Below, piece by piece: positions 12,755 through 23,915 of a stretch of 64,000 bases of DNA. Under the pieces are notes generated by a model. That model was not told the DNA's origin, did not search any database, and was given only the letters and a program-made list of their open reading frames with translations. Both the position numbers and the translations under genes were made by a program. Position 1 is the first letter of the stretch. Every line of letters begins with the position of its first letter. The DNA comes from Strigamia acuminata (lineage: Eukaryota): positions 24,738,001 through 24,802,000 of the forward strand of contig OX442314.1 of NCBI GenBank assembly GCA_949358305.1. Direction: 5' to 3'.

Positions 12755-15700
12755 GTTTCTTCACCAATGTGAACGCACCCATTGTTATTTATGATTGTTC
12801 TACATTAATTCTAAGGCCATTTATTGCACACAATTCAGTTATGATTAAGAGTTTCGCAGAATAAGCTTTGAATTTCAATATCATGAATATTTCATACAAC
12901 TTATATCCAAGTTCAACTTCATTACGATAATATTAACATAAAGCAGTCAAAACATCATTTTCGTACGACACGATGTTAGCTCCCCTTTAAGCAAAAAGCA
13001 GCAGACGAAGGGAAGAAAAATTCACGTCGGTAAAACAAAACGCGATGCGAAATTCCGCAATTTTATTTCCAATTGATTTTGCAAAATCTAATAAGCAAAA
13101 ACTTATCAAGGAAAATTCTGGGCTACTTGCCTTGTTTCTATTCATCTTATTCAATTTCGACATAGTTAAGTTTAGTAATTTTTTTTTACGAGACAACTGA
13201 AACTGGTCCTTTATCGAATTCAGCAAATTCACTTTACATGTATTGAGCGAAACCCTCCGAACGAATTGCTTAAGATTCCTTATAACTTAAGGTCTCACTC
13301 GCCAATAAAGCACTTTTTTATTGCTTTAGCTAAATTACCACCAGTTGTAATGCATTAAATTACAACTCATTTAGACGTTTTTAATGATAATTATCATTTC
13401 TAAATCAAAACTTCAAGTGCAATTCTTATAAAATGCTAAAAAATCGTTGACGTAGCGCTTTAATCTAATTTTACACCCTTTAAATTCCAAATAAGAAGCA
13501 GTCATGAATGTAAAATTAGCATAAAGTTACAAGTATACTTAAAACCTCGGCTGGAATTTGAGGTATTTTAATTGGCAGCAAACTCATAGTCACATCATCA
13601 CTTTATTTACTTCCGTCTTCTCTATATTAACTTAAAATTTGTTTTTAACTTGTTGGTTTTGACAATTTTTTTTTTTTTTAAAATTATAGAATTTTTTTTT
13701 CTTCAAAAATAATAATAAAAAAATTTCTCATTAATTTCACATCGTTTTGGATTAGAACGCCACAAAACATCCGTTGAGAAAACAGGTTGAAATAATTGTT
13801 TTTGTTGCCCAATATTGAAAAAAAAAACAATCCATACAATCTCATTTTTATTCAAAACAAGGCAAATCCACCCATATTGAAAACATCCAAGCGCTACCTG
13901 CAGCTGCATTTGCTATGTCTAATTTCTTTCAAACCTTTGCTTGTTCATAAGAAAATGGTTGATTTCAATTCAAGCAGACGAAACCTATTCAACCAGAAGA
14001 ATCTGCAAGAGAGTTTATGAAGCAAAGTGTGTTTTTTTTTTTTAAAAAAAGGTAACTTTTCCAGATTTTAGAAATTCCAAAACCAAAATTCTAATTTCCT
14101 AAGTTGTCTCGACTAACACCAAGATTCGTTAGTGCCCACGCAGTCTTTCTAATTCATTGTGTGACTAAGCGCACACATTCTCAGAAATTGCATCTGAGAA
14201 TGTCGCGTATATTACCCCAAACGGTTCAAAAATACATTGAAATTATATTGCAATGCAAGCTTATATACTCCAAACCGATACAATTTGTTGTCCAAACTCC
14301 ACATTTTGGAACGCATTAAGTGAAAACCAATATATTACAAAAATATATTTTCGAACCCCATATGGGACATTCACTTCTAGACTAAAGTATAGTTCAAAAT
14401 TTTAAAATTACATCATAATTTAATAAGTCGCCACGACCCATGCAGAAAAGCTTCACCGCCTTTCATGCAGGAAAGCCTAATCATATTCTCCACTTAAAAG
14501 CCGTTTGAAAAAGAAAAAAACCGCCTCATATCCACAATTACATTTTAAAAATTTCTGTAATAAAGCATTTAAATCGATAGTTTAGGTCCCTTAAACTGTA
14601 ATCTTCTTTTCATCAAAGACGACGCGTTTATGTTATAAAGAACCCGCTTAAATAATTTATTCGCAGACTTAGCAACTAATTAGATTGTAGTCTAATGCAA
14701 TAACCGAATACGGAACGACACGATGCTAAAACCAAATAAAGGGCTTAAGAATTTCCCGTTTTGCCTAGCAAACTTTTGAATTGTGTACGCAATTACCTTA
14801 GTTTACGAGGTGCACCGGATGGACTCCGCGTCAACAGAGGGATATCTAAACTGATACCGGCTTAGCGAGGGTTTAGAGACTCCTCCGACAAAAAAAAACT
14901 CTCATTATGATGATAAGAAGTTGGAAAAAAATAATTCATCAACTTTCACTGACATCTGCTACTTGCAACCAAAGATAACTGCGTGTCCAGTCCCGTGTAA
15001 GTGAAAAAAGAAACGAAAGAAAAAAATAAATAAAATGATTGATGCGAAAATGATTATTGCACAAGTGATTACGATATGTTTTTTGCTCTTACCACATTAT
15101 TTAGAAGAAGAAGAAAAAAAATAATATATAGATATTCTTTTTTTTTTTATCTGCAAAAATGCTTATTTTTTTCCCGATTCGTCATGTGCACTACACTTCA
15201 CCCACTCGTAGACACACAGGAACGCTGAATGGACGCGCCAGCACCTTATCAGTATCATACTGCATCCAAAATCCAGAACAAAGAATAATAAAAAAAAAAT
15301 ATTTATTTAAAAAAAAAGAGAACAAGAAATATTTATGGAAACGATTTGTTCTTAAAGTAGCGCGAGAAAAAAAAAATAAAAGTTGAAAAAGGGGGGTTAA
15401 AGGGGTGTGGGGGGGGGGGGAGAAATGCAGCAATGAGCTTAAAATTAAAAATGCAACGGCCCTTAGGTTCGGCACATTGCACGACCCCCCGGTGGCCAAC
15501 TTTAGCCGTGTTACCAAGGGAACCGTAGTCGTCAAGTGCAACGATCCCAACAAAATGGGGGAATGGTGTGAAGAGGTGATGGCGGACGGGTGGGTGGGGG
15601 CACCTACCAGCCGATGGAATAATTCAACGACCAAAACCACCACCTCGCAAGGGTGGTAGAGGTTGCTACATTGCTAAGTGCAAACCGACACCCGCAACAG

Positions 15701-17234
15701 AAAAAAAAAGAAAAAAAAAGAAAAGAAATCAGAGTAAAAATAAATAAAAAATTCGTTCGGTGGTTAGTTTTATTCTTCGGAGAAAAGCAGGACGAAAGCG
15801 TAAAGAAAGGCCACATCGTTCGAACTGATTATAGAATCTTGTATTAAATTTACTGGATGGAGAATTTCGCAATTTCGCCACTTAAAGCAAATAGTCCCGT
15901 CACGCCATGTAAACATTTCAAGAATATTCGGATGTAGACGCATATGGATATCAAAATGATCGTCTCATCTTTCTAAACAACTTTTACATTTGCACTATCG
16001 TCGAATTCCTCGAGGAAACGTGAGAAAATCGCGTTTGAATAAGAAGCGACTTATATTTTTTTGTGCCATAAGGTTAAGCCTCAATCCAGATATACAAAAG
16101 CATTGATTTAATTCAAGCATTTTGTCAGAGCGATTTGTAACGTTCCAAGCAAAAAAGACGGAGGAAAAAAAAGTGTTTTTCTTCCAATCTTGATTGCCAG
16201 TGCTAACGATGCACCGTAATGGATGAAGTTTTCTCAGGGGCGGATCGGGCCCTTCGCGGCTCTCGTAGCCATTTTTGGGGCCCTGTTTTTAAAGAAATCT
16301 TAAAAAAATATTTTTTTTTTCAAATGTTTCACTTTCCCTTCAAATTCGATGATTTTCCGAATTTGCTTGGCCGACCAAAATATCGGTTCATTCCAATTGA
16401 GATTGATTCCTTGCAGCACTTTAATCCACAATCGCGCATCAATCTTCACTTAAAAAATAAATTATCGTTTCTAAAACGGAAAGATCTAAACACAATAATA
16501 AAATTGGTTTATTTATCATGCGCTCGAATCGAAAGCATGTACGAATGGCTCACATCCGTTTTTAAAGAAGGCATTTTTTAGTCAAAGGGCCGTTCAGTAT
16601 TCGTATCGTGTCCTAGTTCGAAATTAAGGCCGAGATTTATATGGTTCTTTTCTTTGTATACAGGAATGGAGGAGTGGCGCCGACTCTGCTCGAATTTGAT
16701 ATCTCATTCCGCTCCTTCCCGCCAGAAGGAGGCAAAAAAAAAGAGGGAAGAATGGAAAGAGATGCATTTATCAAGGCACGTCAAGCCCACTTGCTCCTAC
16801 TCTCTCTCACTGCCACTGGAATGTCTAATGGTCAGTTCACAATAAAAGCAAAACCTGTTCCTTCGAGTTCGAGCAAAAAAAAAGTGAATAGGAAGAACAA
16901 CAAGAAAGAAGGTTTGGATTTGAAAAAATATAAAATTTAAATTTAGAGTGGGGAATTTCATATCGGAATGATTAAACATTTTGGAATTTAATTACTTACA
17001 TTTCTCTGCGATGAAACATTTTTGAACTTTGAAGATTGAGAAGAAATTTGACTTCGTCAGTTTAAATTAAGAGTAATGAACTCGTAACTAGTGTACTGGA
17101 AAAAAACTGAATTTAGCACGAACTTATTTCGATACTATTTTTTAAATTTCAGACTTGTACTATTTTTGTTTATTTCTGCACTATTTTAAGTTTCGATTGT
17201 TTGGAAGTTTTGGCGAACTTCGCAACGTTTTCTC

Positions 17235-17830
17235 TTGCAAAGTCCATTAAAATCTATGAAAATCCTTGCAATATCCCTTAAAATCTATAAAAATTCTTGC
17301 AAAATCCCTTGAAATCTATGAAAATCCTTGCAAAATCCATTGAAATTATGAAAATCCTTGCAATATCCCTTAAAATCTATAAAAATCCTTGCAAAATTCC
17401 TTGAAATCTATAAAAATCCTTGCAAAATCCATTGAAATTATGAAAATCCTTTCAAAATGCATTAAACTCTGTGAAAATCCTTGAAAAATCTGTAAAAATC
17501 CTTGCAAAATCTATAAAAATTCTTGCAAAATCTATGACAATCCTTACAAAATCTATGAAAATCCATGCAAAATCTATAAAAATTCCTTTAAATCTACGAA
17601 AATCCTTGAAAAATCCCTTTAAATTTATGAAAATCCTTGCAAAAATCCCTTTAAATTTATGAAAATCCTTGCAAAAATCCCTTTAAATTTATGAAAATCC
17701 TTGCAAAAATCCCTTTAAATCTATAAAAATTCTTGCAAAATCCTTTAAATTTATGAAAATCCTTGCAAAATCCCTCTAAATCTATGAAATTTCTTTCAAA
17801 ATCCCTTTAAATCTATGAAAACCCTTACAA
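17235..17830. repeat. Minisatellite, ~21 and ~31 bp units
   Basis: Tandem AAAATCCTTGC-AAAATCCCTT-TAAATCTATG. Confidence 0.92.
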
Positions 17831-17880
17831 TTTTTCTAATAAATAATGCACACTATTTTTTATTGTTTGCTGAAGCCTTG

Positions 17881-20480
17881 TGGAGTGTTCCGACTCCATT
17901 TTATTTTATCGTTATTTTGTGACGCGCCCACTAACACGAGCGCCCCCTGTATTAATTCACGTATTAAATCACTTATGTTAATTTCCAACTAAGACATGGC
18001 TGCTTATTTCAACCACTCATAATTTCATCCACTTTCATCAATTATTCGACGATAAGAACACATTATTGGCGACGAGGTATGAATTTCAACAAAGAATCCA
18101 CGATCTTCTGTGACTTTTTGTGTGTTTTTCTCGTCGTTTGATGTCAAACTGGACTTGCTGACCACGCGTTGACCGTTAGGCTTAGCACCTTGTATCGTGA
18201 GTTTTTGTGCCGTTTTCATCGAAATTTTTTTTGCCGTGAATTATGCCGTTGTCGGGAACCCCCGAGAAATACAACCCGCAAGACGACTGGGCGACGTACG
18301 TGCTTCAAATGAGTTGCGTGTTCGCCTGCAACAAAGTCGTCGACGACGCCGACAAAGTGAACACGCTTTTGTCGTGCGTGGGAATGGCCACGTTCGCGAA
18401 AATCGTCGATTTGACCCGGCCAAAGGACCCCACGACCATGAAGTACAAGGAAATAGTGGACCTGATGGAAAAACATCAAAAACCGAAGCCCATTGCGCAA
18501 GGCGAAATTGTGCGATTCCGCAACCGTAAACGAAATAAGGGCGAAACTGTTAGCGACTTCGCGGCGGCCCTTCATTCCCTCACCAAATACTGCAATTTCG
18601 GTGAAAATCAGGACGACGAAATGAGGAACCAGTTCATCGTCGGCCTAAATATGCGGCAAGTACAAGAAACCTTATATTTGCAAAAGGACTTGACCTTCGC
18701 CAAGGCGCTCGAGGCGGCCACTTCTGCAGAGATTGCTGGGGCAGATGTTTCCAGTTTCGTGGACGCACCATCAACGATCCACCAAATTAATGAACCCGGA
18801 AACTCCTCCAAATCCTCTTTTCATTCGCAGAAAAACGGTAGACGTCCCTCGAGAGGCTCCGGTGGTCAACACCACCAGTCGGACCACACCAAATCGCAGC
18901 ACGAAACGAAAAAGTGTAAACACTGCGGCAGGTCTGGACACCGACAGGACGAGTGCCGTTTCCGCACAGCCAAATGTCACGGCTGTGGCGTCGAGGGCCA
19001 CATCAAGCCCGTCTGCCGCGCGTCGAAATCGTCAACGTCCGCGCACCACACGACCGTGTCCGCCTTGAGAAAGCTGACATTTTACACCGTTCGTACGAGG
19101 AAGCCTAAAACCCCGATCGCGGTGAATGAAGTGTCCATCAGGCCGACCAAACCACTAGTTCTCGAGCTTCGAATCGCTCAGACGCTGTTATGGATGGAAA
19201 TTGACACTGGAGCTGGCGCCACGATCATCAGTCGCGCGATGCATAATAAATATTTTTCTCAGTTCCAGATCCAACCACTTTCAACTGAATTTTCGTCGTA
19301 CGATGGCCATTCCTTGCCGATGACGGGCGTGTGCATCGTTCCAGTTACGTACGACGGGAAAACACGCGAATTGCCGTTGTGTGTGGCTGAACACGGTCAA
19401 GTCCCGTTGCTGGGACGTGACTGGATGGACGAGTTCGGTTTGCTGCACGCTGCTGGTGCGGCCTTTCGTCCCGTAATTTATCATGCTGCTGCCGGTGTTC
19501 CTCCGAAATTCGCTCGCAAACGTGCGACTCGACAGCAGGCTGCAGGTCCAAACAACTTGGAATTGGCCGCCTCCATCGCTCCAACTCGCGAGGGGGAAGT
19601 GCTTACTGCGCCGCAAGACGATCCGTCTCCACCGTCGACTGTTGCTGCCCCTGCGTACAGATTGGCTCCTCCTGTGGCTGCGGCAGCTAAAGATGCTGCG
19701 CCGCAGTGCTCCGCCAGTGCAGCTGATCGCGAGACGTTGCGGACGATTTTGGACAAACATAAACACGTTTCCCGCGACGAAATTGGCCGGTGCAACGTGG
19801 CACCGCCAGCGCTTGAAAAGGAATTGCATAATCGAACTGTAATTTCGCCTTCTCGCTCAATTGAAGGGGATGAGCGTCATTCGGGCCCATTTGTTGTGCC
19901 TCAGAACTCCACTGAGATTCCGCCAATTGTTCAAGCTCAACCTCAACTCGCGGCTCCTGACCAACCCCAGCCAAATATGCCTATTCCAATTCCTAACTCA
20001 CCTCCGAGATTTCCTATTCCGTTGCTTCCTCCTCTTCCGCCGTCACCTCCTGCGCTTCAGTCCTTGCCTCAATTACCTGCGCAAGCAGCTCGCATTGTAC
20101 GGCCAGCCAGGAAAAGAAAGCCAACGCGATTTTACGGTTTTCCAGTGAATTTAAATTATGGATTGAGTTTGTAATTTGTTTAGTTGATTTGTTTTATTGT
20201 AATTCGATCTTAGTATGTTACATTTGTTTGTCATTACATTTTAATTATTTGTTTGTGTAATTGCTCCCTTGGTTGGTTCCCAATTAAGGGGATGATGGAG
20301 TGTTCCGACTCCATTTTATTTTATCGTTATTTTGTGACGCGCCCGCTAACACGAGCGCCCCCTGTATTAATTCACGTATTAAATCACTTATGTTAATTTC
20401 CAACTAAGACATGGCTGCTTATTTCAACCACTCATAATTTCATCCACTTTCATCAATTATTCGACGATAAGAACACATTA
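17881..20480 (+). mobile_element. Non-autonomous Ty3/gypsy-type LTR retrotransposon (2600 bp, Gag-protease only)
   Basis: 185-bp LTRs 17881-18065 and 20296-20480 (one substitution seen). 5-bp TSD CCTTG (17876-80 / 20481-85). PBS TGGCGACGAGG at 18067 (tRNA-Ser(GCU) type). Purine-rich AAGGGGATGA before the 3' LTR. Confidence 0.93.
18243..20174 (+). CDS. Gag-aspartic protease polyprotein lacking RT, RNase H and integrase core
   Basis: 643-aa ORF. Two CCHC knuckles (CKHCGRSGHRQDEC, CHGCGVEGHIKPVC), protease IDTGA and LLGRDW, then Ala/Pro-rich tail ending RPARKRKPTRF. No YxDD or DDE motifs. Confidence 0.9.
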   Translation: MPLSGTPEKYNPQDDWATYVLQMSCVFACNKVVDDADKVNTLLSCVGMATFAKIVDLTRPKDPTTMKYKEIVDLMEKHQKPKPIAQGEIVRFRNRKRNKGETVSDFAAALHSLTKYCNFGENQDDEMRNQFIVGLNMRQVQETLYLQKDLTFAKALEAATSAEIAGADVSSFVDAPSTIHQINEPGNSSKSSFHSQKNGRRPSRGSGGQHHQSDHTKSQHETKKCKHCGRSGHRQDECRFRTAKCHGCGVEGHIKPVCRASKSSTSAHHTTVSALRKLTFYTVRTRKPKTPIAVNEVSIRPTKPLVLELRIAQTLLWMEIDTGAGATIISRAMHNKYFSQFQIQPLSTEFSSYDGHSLPMTGVCIVPVTYDGKTRELPLCVAEHGQVPLLGRDWMDEFGLLHAAGAAFRPVIYHAAAGVPPKFARKRATRQQAAGPNNLELAASIAPTREGEVLTAPQDDPSPPSTVAAPAYRLAPPVAAAAKDAAPQCSASAADRETLRTILDKHKHVSRDEIGRCNVAPPALEKELHNRTVISPSRSIEGDERHSGPFVVPQNSTEIPPIVQAQPQLAAPDQPQPNMPIPIPNSPPRFPIPLLPPLPPSPPALQSLPQLPAQAARIVRPARKRKPTRFYGFPVNLNYGLSL

Positions 20481-20786
20481 CCTTGTGCAGAATTAAGTTA
20501 ATTTTTCAGTAAAAATAGTTCACCAATAAATTTTCCACTACTGCAAACGACCGATGTAAAACTAAAGGTAAAAATTCAGATGGAGGATCTCTAGAATTGC
20601 CAGCACTTAGAGCATTATATACTGTATATTACAGAAGATTTCTATTCCTTCCATGTAAAGCCTGGTGTAGAGGTGGGATAATACTATGCTTTACACTAAT
20701 GACGTGTTTCGTAATCAGAGAATCATAATTTGGATTGAAAACAACATGTTTGTGTCCTTAAACTCTCCTCGAAATTTGTCTCTTTG

Positions 20787-20837
20787 TCCTATGTAAGACA
20801 ATCCAACAGGAAACTTTGTACACGAAGTAAAGAACAC
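20787..20837 (+). pseudogene. GIY-YIG endonuclease motif remnant (Penelope-like)
   Basis: Translates SYVRQSNRKLCTRSKEH, matching Y[IV]GQT.R.L..R..EH with the Gly lost. Confidence 0.55.
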
Positions 20838-21633
20838 AGTTTATCTAACGCAGACTAAAGGGCATTGCTAAACTAAGATTTTAAAGGCGATAGCTAACAT
20901 TACGTGAGTTTAGGCCTAGATAGGTAATGACGTGAGATCAATCTAATTTTCGTGTGGGATTTAAATTAATTCTGTGGGGATTAAAAGAGTGCTGAAAATG
21001 AGTTTAAATGGATCACCTGTAAAGTTCTCCGTACATACGTTTAGTAGAACTTCCCATCTGCTATTTCAGTGTGCACTGAACAAATGTGATACACATTCAC
21101 CATCTGTTGGTGGAATATTATAACTTTCTGCGGACAAATGGCGGCTCCCCATGACTTCGCGTAAGCTTATTGTTTGCATTTTTGACCGCAGAAAAACGTC
21201 GTTTTGTACCATTTTCAACAATAAAACACTCTCAAGGTTATTGTTGCAATTACATTTGCATATATATTTTCTGGATGGCAAAATAAAATGTCGAAAAAAT
21301 CAAAGTATCGATCAATGTGGGTGGGTGTTCTATAAAATTGAAGTTAGAATACGGTCTCCTTTGACATCGATATCAATAAAAGGCAATGGGTTGCTTCTTT
21401 CAAAAGTGAACTTGATGTCTGTGCAATATGGGTTCGTAAAGCTAAAATTTAGTCTGAAGAACGGAAGATTACAACCATTTAAACAATCATCAAAAGTTTT
21501 TTTTACCCAGGAAAGAGGTTCCGGGAATTTAGAAATGATTTCCTCTTCCAAATCACACTTTGATTGTGAAATGCACCCTATACACGTGCAATATAATGCA
21601 CTAATCCAGCACAGAAATACAAAATAAAAATTA

Positions 21634-22074
21634 CCGTATTTTACCGTTTAAGAGTCGCCCTCGAATTGTAGCCGCCATCAAATAGTAGCCGCAGCTGAGA
21701 CACCAAGAATACCGTATTTTTGCAAAAGTACGGTATTGTTTCCGTATTTAACCTCACGAACGATGGACGTACGCAGACTTTGTTTGTTACATTAAACAAA
21801 TTTAACAAATGAAAAACCGAAATTGTAATTGCTGACAAAAATGACAGTTTTGTAGTCTGTCTTGACTAAATATTAAAACTGTAATGGAGCATGCAAAATA
21901 ACGTAACCGTTGGTGTGTTGAGGTTTTACGTAACTGACTAGTTTATTCAAATAACATATAGGTGACGCTGCCGAAAGGCAGTGTCACAAATTAACAAGAT
22001 ACATGTGACGTGCATTGGAGTGAAGATCACTCCATTTTGAATAAGAGCGGCGGCTCTTAATCGATAAAATACGG
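21634..22074. mobile_element. MITE family B copy 1 (pogo/Tigger-like), hosting the solo LTR
   Basis: TA|CCGTATTTTACCGTTTAAGAG ... CTCTTAATCGATAAAATACGG|TA. Confidence 0.85.
21853..22034 (-). mobile_element. Solo LTR (182 bp) related to the 17881 element
   Basis: 5-bp TSD TTTTG on both sides; the empty site CAGTTTTGAATAAGAG is seen in paralogous MITE copies near 36480 and 52056. Minus strand reads TGGAGTG..ACTCCA...TA and shares GTTA(A/T)TTTGTGAC with the 17881 LTR. Confidence 0.75.
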
Positions 22075-23829
22075 TAATTATCTGAATCTGAAATTATTTT
22101 AAACCTAAAAAATATTAAAAAATAAAATAAAATCAACATTTTAGCAGACATAAAAAATTTACTGTTACAACTGGGTCGTTCAATAAATGCAAACCAAACA
22201 TCATCATTCTAATTCCTTCTCAACTCTTCACTGTCTACCAACTGCAGTATCTCAAATAACAATCTTCACCGTTCTCAAAACTGGAGCGTAAATGTATTAA
22301 ATTATTCAACCTCCAGCTAAATAATTTTCAAGATTATTCATTTTCAACTCCTCACTTCATTATCAAGAATAGAAAGCTCCAGATCCGCTAGAACAAACCA
22401 TTGAATCATTGAAGAGTGAACTTTTCCCTCGCATATTAATAATCCCTCACTTTTTAAGCTTCAACGCTAAACCTAAGAAAATTAAATCCCTCAACAGTGC
22501 TTGAAAGCGCAACTCACCACTTTTTTTTTCCTAAAGTGCAATAAGCCTAGATTAAACCTTCTAACTCATCCTCGACTAGCAAAAAAATAATGTAGTTAGG
22601 GATAAAGGTTAACCCCTGAATTATACCAATATCCTTCTCTTGGTCTTGTATAGGCTTTTAGGATCATATTTTTCTTATGGAAAAACATATCTCCAGCAAC
22701 TCATTTTTATTTAGTCTACTTGAGTAAGCATCAAATGATAACACAATTAACGTTGAAACAACAGGATACCATTTTTTCTTGTTTTTTGTTGAATCAACAT
22801 TTTTTTTTATTAAGAAAAAAATAAATAAATAAAAATAAATCATCTTTAATACCATTTAATATATCTGTGACAGTTTTTTTTGACAACATATACGTAGCAT
22901 TGAACATTTCAATTTATTTCATCATTTTTTTTCGGTTGCTGCTCATTATTAAATAAACTTAATCGAATTTTTGTGAGTGAATTGCGTTCCTCCAAACAGC
23001 CTTCACTTTTCTAAAGAAATGGATTTGTCAAATTTAAACAATAAAATAATGTAAAGTGGTTTTCCAAATGTGTTCCCTCGAATGTTTACATTTGTTTACA
23101 ATATTTTCTGGCGTCTGTCCAGTAGGAATTTACAATTTTCTATAAAAAATAAATAAAAAAATTTTATTTTATTTTTTTTACTATCAATATTCGTTGAATG
23201 GCCAAAACTTCAGTGAAAATAAATTAAAAGTTCCGGTTTTTTTTTTGTTTTTTTTTTTACAGATTACTTCTGAAGGGTTAAGTTTTAATGAACCGCCATC
23301 AATTACCCAAGCAATCCATTATTGTTCCTGGCACTCGCACGAACAGAGTTGTTGTTGTCATTTGGCGTATGACCTGAGATTTGTTGTGGGAAATGACGAG
23401 GATTAAAACTCTGCACACTAGAAGTAATATTTTAAGAAACTGACTGCAGGGTTTGTAATTTGTTGATTGTTGTGTGTTTATGTTGTTTTCCCTGCACATC
23501 AGAGCTTAGTAGCGTAAACTTATTGCAATAAATTGCCTTGCATTGCAACTTCAACTGACAAATAACGCTGATCTTGTATCCTCATTATTAAACAGTGCAT
23601 TGGAGTAAAACGGCAAACAAACGTTTGGTATTCGAAACGGCCATTTTTCAAAGACCACAACTGGGACTGGGATGGCAAAAAAGAGTGTGCAACATGACGG
23701 CAGGGATTGTTTCGTTCAATAAAATCAACTCTGCAATAAACCCATTTTTCATAAAACACACGGGTGAATTTAAAGCTTCCGTTTCTATGGTTTTTGGTGT
23801 TTGTATTGTATATGACAAAAACTTGAAAC

Positions 23830-23915
23830 AGATTTTGCTACATTTTGCGAGATTTTGTTACATTTTGTAAGATTTTGCTACATTTTGTGAGATTTTACTA
23901 CATTTTGTGCGATTT
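23830..23915. repeat. 20-bp tandem repeat, about 4 units
   Basis: GATTTTGCTACATTTTG(C/T)GA. Confidence 0.85.

Larger units (their letters stand above)
21200..22660 (-). pseudogene. Decayed Penelope-like retroelement RT, interrupted by a MITE
   Basis: Minus-strand fragments EKDIGIIQGLTFIP (~22600-22640), LEEEIISKFPEPLSW..DD, IKFTFERSNPLPFIDI and, after a frameshift, FYRTPTHIDRY...HP. These match the PLE RT pattern IKFT.E...LPFLD...YRKPTHT..Y....S.HP. Confidence 0.7.

Noticed and set aside
15475..15500. CATTGCAC miR-92/25-like seed
   Set aside because: No complementary 5' arm upstream to form a pre-miRNA hairpin with the seed on the 3' arm.
17471..17662. Repetitive 63-aa ORF (KILAKS)n; similar F-rich ORFs at 61626-62032
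   Set aside because: Translation of minisatellite DNA.
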